The notes under the pieces were generated by a model, which had not been told where the DNA came from, did no database searches, and worked only from the letters and a program-made list of their open reading frames with translations. A stretch of 36,317 nt of DNA from Phycisphaerae bacterium (GTDB taxonomy: Bacteria > Planctomycetota > Phycisphaerae > JAAYCJ01): NCBI GenBank assembly GCA_012514125.1, contig JAAZAW010000288.1, positions 1 to 36,317 on the forward strand, read 5' to 3'. A program made the translations under genes and the position numbers. Below are positions 33,120-36,317 of this stretch, piece after piece. Each line of letters opens with the position of its first letter. Positions within the stretch are counted from its first letter, which is position 1.

Positions 33120-34149
33120 AGAACACGTGGTGATTCTGGGGATCGAAAGCAGTTGTGACGAGACGTCGGCGGCAGTGGTGATGGACGGACGGAACGTGTT
33201 GTCGTGCGCGGTGGCGTCGCAGAACGAGCTTCATGAAAAATTCAAGGGTGTCGTGCCGGAAATCGCTTCACGTGCCCATCTGGAAAAAATTAATCTGATT
33301 ATCGAGTCTGCGATGGCGGAGGCGAAGATCGGATTTGATCGGATCGACGCGGTGGCGGCGGTGAATCAGCCGGGATTGGTCGGATCGCTTTTAATCGGTT
33401 TTACCGCGGGCAAGACGCTGGCGTGGGCATTGGGCAAGCCGCTTCTGGCGGTGCATCATGTTCATGCTCATGCGTATGGTGCGGTGCTTAATTATGAGAT
33501 GGAAGCGAGATCGGCGTTTCCGGCGGTGGCGTTTTTAGTGTCCGGGGGGCATACCTCGTTGTTTAAATGTCATGACCCGCTGGAGATGGAATTGATCGGC
33601 TCGACGCAGGACGACGCGGCGGGCGAGGCGTTCGATAAGGTGGCGTGCATTCTGGGTCTGGGGTATCCGGGCGGGCCTTTGATTGATAAACTCGCGAAAG
33701 AGGGCGATACGAAGGCGGTGCATTTTCCCCGGACCTGGCTGAAAAAGGCTCCGCTGGATTTTTCGTTCAGCGGACTCAAGACGGCGGTGTTGTATCATGT
33801 GCGGGGGCGGGATTTATCCAGGCCGGACAGCTCGCATTTAAGTCGACAGGAAAAAGCGGACATCGCGGCGTCGTTTCAGGCGGCGGTGATCGAGGTGCTG
33901 GTGGAAAAGGCGATACTGGCGTGTCGGGAGACGGGATACAACAGGTTGCTGGTGGGCGGCGGTGTGGCGGCGAACAGTTATTTTCGCCGGCAGATCGCGG
34001 AACGAAGCGATCGTGAGGGCATTGAATTGATTATGGCGTTGCCGAAGCATTGTACGGATAACGCGGCGATGGTTGCGGGGTTGGGGTATCATCAGTACAT
34101 GGCGGAGCGGTTCTCAGCCCTGGATGCTTCGGTGTATTCAACATTGTGA
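33112..34149 (+). CDS. tsaD: tRNA N6-adenosine threonylcarbamoyltransferase TsaD
   Basis: GIESSCDETSAAVV, HHVHAH and GLGYPGGP blocks. The start overlaps the ctp stop (GTGATGAATAA), implying translational coupling. Confidence 0.92.
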   Translation: MNKEHVVILGIESSCDETSAAVVMDGRNVLSCAVASQNELHEKFKGVVPEIASRAHLEKINLIIESAMAEAKIGFDRIDAVAAVNQPGLVGSLLIGFTAGKTLAWALGKPLLAVHHVHAHAYGAVLNYEMEARSAFPAVAFLVSGGHTSLFKCHDPLEMELIGSTQDDAAGEAFDKVACILGLGYPGGPLIDKLAKEGDTKAVHFPRTWLKKAPLDFSFSGLKTAVLYHVRGRDLSRPDSSHLSRQEKADIAASFQAAVIEVLVEKAILACRETGYNRLLVGGGVAANSYFRRQIAERSDREGIELIMALPKHCTDNAAMVAGLGYHQYMAERFSALDASVYSTL

Positions 34150-34165
34150 TGAAAGTGGAAGATCG

Positions 34166-35941
34166 ATGGCGAACGAATTGGAACAGATCAAAGCCGAGGA
34201 ACTTCTTGACCTGAATGTGTTGCAGGATATGCAGGAAGGTTTCGCGGGGTTGACAGGACTGAGTATTATGGTGTGCAAAACCAGCGGGGAACCTTTGACC
34301 CGTCCGACGCTGGGGCATCGTCTTTGCCGGAAGTTTCATGAACATACGGACATGGCGAGCCGGTGTCTTGAGCACATGCTGGCGGCGGCGAAGGCGATTT
34401 CCATCAACGGTCCTGTCAAAATGGTGAATTCTTTCTCAGGGACGCCGATTTTTGTTTCTCCGATCACGGTGGAAAATAATCGTATCGCGACGATCGTGGT
34501 GTGTGCGAATCCATGTTCGTGCGCTCAAGATCGATCGGTGGAGCAGATCGCGGAGCAGACGAAACTTCCGGTGGGAGAAGTTCGGGAGTTGCTTGAAAAA
34601 ACGCCGAAACTGGAAGATGATCAGCTTGAAGCGACGCTGACCCTGATTCATTCTCTGGCGACGACATTGGCGAAGTTGTCCTTGAGGGAATATCAATTGC
34701 GGCTTCGTCTTGGCGAACTGACGATTTTACATAATCTGACATCGCTGCTGGCGGGGCGATCGGATCTGGACCAGATATTGAAGATTACCGCGGAACAGGT
34801 TGTCCAGGTGGTTAAGGGCAAGGGGTGTTCGATCCGGATTTATAATCCGGACACGAAGGAACTGCAGATCAAGGCGGTGGCGAATTTGTCGCAGGCGTAT
34901 TTGCGGAAAGGGCCGCTCAAACTGGCGGATTCGCCGATCGATCAGGCGGCCTTGAGCGGGACCCCGGTGCCGATCGAAAATATGCTCACGGACCCGCGGG
35001 TGATTTACAAGAAAGAGGCGGAACGTGAAGGGATTATCAGCGGGCTGGCGGTGGGAATGATTTATCGGGGTAGAGGTGTGGGCGTGATTCATCTCTATGG
35101 CAGCGGACCCCAGGCGTATGACCGATTTGAGATCGAATGCCTCAAGGCGATTGCCTCGCAGGCCGCGTCGGCGATTATCAACGCTCAGCTTTATCAGGAA
35201 TCGATCGAGGCCGAACGCACGCAGCGGCAGCTTAAGATGGCGGGGGAAGTTCAACGGCGCATGTTGCCCAAACGTTCGCCGAAGATGGTGAAAGTGGATA
35301 TCGGATCGGTATACGAGCCGACGTATCTGGTTGGCGGGGATTATTACGATTTTCTGGAGTTGTCCGGCGGACGGCTTGGCGTGGTGATTGCGGATGTCGC
35401 GGGCAAGGGTGTGCCGGCGTCGCTTCAGATGGTCTCGCTCAAGGCGACGCTTCGGGCGTATGCGGATCAGGCCCCCGACTTGCAGACTCTGGTGAAAATG
35501 ACGGACAAGGTTTTTCGCCGGGACAGTCTGCTGGGCGATTTTGCGACCCTGCTGATTGGGATTATCGATCCGGAGAAGGGGACGTTCGATTATGTCAACG
35601 CGGGACATTACCCGGCTTTGCTGGTGAGAGATTCGAAAATCGAACAGCAAAAGGTTTCGGGGCCTGCACTGGCGATTTTTGATAAGCCGGAATTTACGCC
35701 CTATACCATCGAACTTGAGCCGTCGGACGAGATCGTGCTCTATACCGACGGTTTTCTGGATGCGATGAACTTCGACCATCACGGTTTCGGTCTGGATCGC
35801 CTGAGGGCGTCGATTATGAAATATTCGCATCTGTCGGCTCAGAAAATTGCCGAAAATGTTTTGTGGGACGTTCGACGGTTTGTCGGTCTATCGACGCAGG
35901 CGGACGATATGTCGATGGTGGTGGTGAAGTATAATCCCTGA
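34166..35941 (+). CDS. PocR-like sensor plus GAF plus PP2C (SpoIIE/RsbU-type) serine phosphatase
   Basis: 591 aa from the ATG at 34166. The N-terminal Cys/His-containing PocR-like region reads LCRKFHEHTDMASRCLEH. A central GAF follows, and the C-terminal PP2C has GGDYYDF, VVIADVAGKG, YTDG and DDMS motifs. Confidence 0.8.
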   Translation: MANELEQIKAEELLDLNVLQDMQEGFAGLTGLSIMVCKTSGEPLTRPTLGHRLCRKFHEHTDMASRCLEHMLAAAKAISINGPVKMVNSFSGTPIFVSPITVENNRIATIVVCANPCSCAQDRSVEQIAEQTKLPVGEVRELLEKTPKLEDDQLEATLTLIHSLATTLAKLSLREYQLRLRLGELTILHNLTSLLAGRSDLDQILKITAEQVVQVVKGKGCSIRIYNPDTKELQIKAVANLSQAYLRKGPLKLADSPIDQAALSGTPVPIENMLTDPRVIYKKEAEREGIISGLAVGMIYRGRGVGVIHLYGSGPQAYDRFEIECLKAIASQAASAIINAQLYQESIEAERTQRQLKMAGEVQRRMLPKRSPKMVKVDIGSVYEPTYLVGGDYYDFLELSGGRLGVVIADVAGKGVPASLQMVSLKATLRAYADQAPDLQTLVKMTDKVFRRDSLLGDFATLLIGIIDPEKGTFDYVNAGHYPALLVRDSKIEQQKVSGPALAIFDKPEFTPYTIELEPSDEIVLYTDGFLDAMNFDHHGFGLDRLRASIMKYSHLSAQKIAENVLWDVRRFVGLSTQADDMSMVVVKYNP

Positions 35942-35944
35942 AGA

Positions 35945-36101
35945 TTACCTTCGACAGTCAATCTTTATTTCGAGCGTTGAGTTTGTCGAAGGATGGGGAT
36001 AAAAAGTTGGAAGTTAAAAGTTAAAACTATGTTTAACTTAAATCACTTAAACTGTAGCCTTCGACCCAACCCCCAAAGCCTAAAGCCCGAAGCCCAGAGC
36101 C
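35945..36101. repeat. Composite repeat tract: CCTTCGAC/GTCGAAGG motifs, GTTGGAA GTTAAAA GTTAAAA (36006-36026), and CAAAGCC TAAAGCC CGAAGCC CAGAGCC (36074-36101)
   Basis: All units counted directly, immediately 3' of the PP2C gene. Confidence 0.7.
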
Positions 36102-36317
36102 CGCCGTGTGGCCGAATGCAAATGTTTGGAAAAATAAAAAACATCAAAAAATCGTAAGTGATTTATCCGAACGAAGATAAGAATGAAAAATATTTTTATT
36201 TTTGCCGATTTGATCTGGGCAGGAACTTTGAAGGATGCAAACCGACGGCTATTTTCATGAATTTGCATCTAATTTCATGTTTTTTTCATGTCGGACCCCG
36301 GATATTCGAGAGATAAC

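Noticed and set aside
36080-36268. 62-aa minus-strand ORF at the window end
   Set aside because: It lies in an AT-rich region of homopolymer runs, its translation is Phe/Ile/Lys-rich, and it has no RBS. This is probably promoter or intergenic DNA for a gene beyond the window.
1-36317. Defence island, prophage, toxin-antitoxin, tRNA or rRNA content
   Set aside because: I found no nuclease/helicase/methylase combinations, integrase, phage structural genes, small paired ORFs or tRNA-like T-arm sequences (GGTTCGAAT-type). The window reads as core metabolism, housekeeping and signalling genes with repeat-rich spacers.

Overview
A 36.3-kb bacterial chromosomal window of moderate GC. The gene content has a PVC or Planctomycetota-like flavour, but that assignment is low confidence. 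I found no rRNA, tRNA, CRISPR array, transposase, integrase or recognisable defence or toxin genes.

Layout:
(1) 1-2986: a DegT-type aminotransferase and an amidohydrolase fragment on the minus strand. They sit behind a perfect sigma-54 -24/-12 promoter and are divergent from an orphan sigma-54 enhancer-binding protein.
(2) 3131-19431: the most unusual region. A long minus-strand gene string runs E2 acyltransferase, E3 lipoamide dehydrogenase, PHP-like hydrolase, class II aldolase-SDR fusion, 564-aa MDR dehydrogenase, KpsF-like SIS-CBS isomerase, 427-aa MDR dehydrogenase and MtlD-family polyol-phosphate dehydrogenase. It is divergent from a DeoR regulator and a fused E1 alpha-beta thiamine-diphosphate dehydrogenase.
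(3) 19671-36000: mostly housekeeping and signalling genes. These are an ADP-ribosylglycohydrolase fusion, tyrS, an orphan hypothetical, cheW, ftsK, rplU, a tail-anchored hypothetical, a PHP phosphoesterase with cheR-cheB, and ctp-tsaD followed by a PocR-GAF-PP2C phosphatase.

The intergenic DNA is dense with short repeats:
- 7-nt-period tandem arrays that begin inside stop codons.
- A GTCATTCCCGCGAAGGC... stem-loop family.
- A roughly 147-bp palindromic MITE/REP-like family with 19-bp terminal inverted repeats.

My best candidate for an undescribed system is the DeoR-associated supercluster, which joins a 2-oxoacid/acetoin-type dehydrogenase complex to sugar-phosphate and polyol enzymes. That is an inference from gene content, not a demonstrated function. 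Many long opposite-strand ORFs in the supplied track are shadow ORFs and were rejected.
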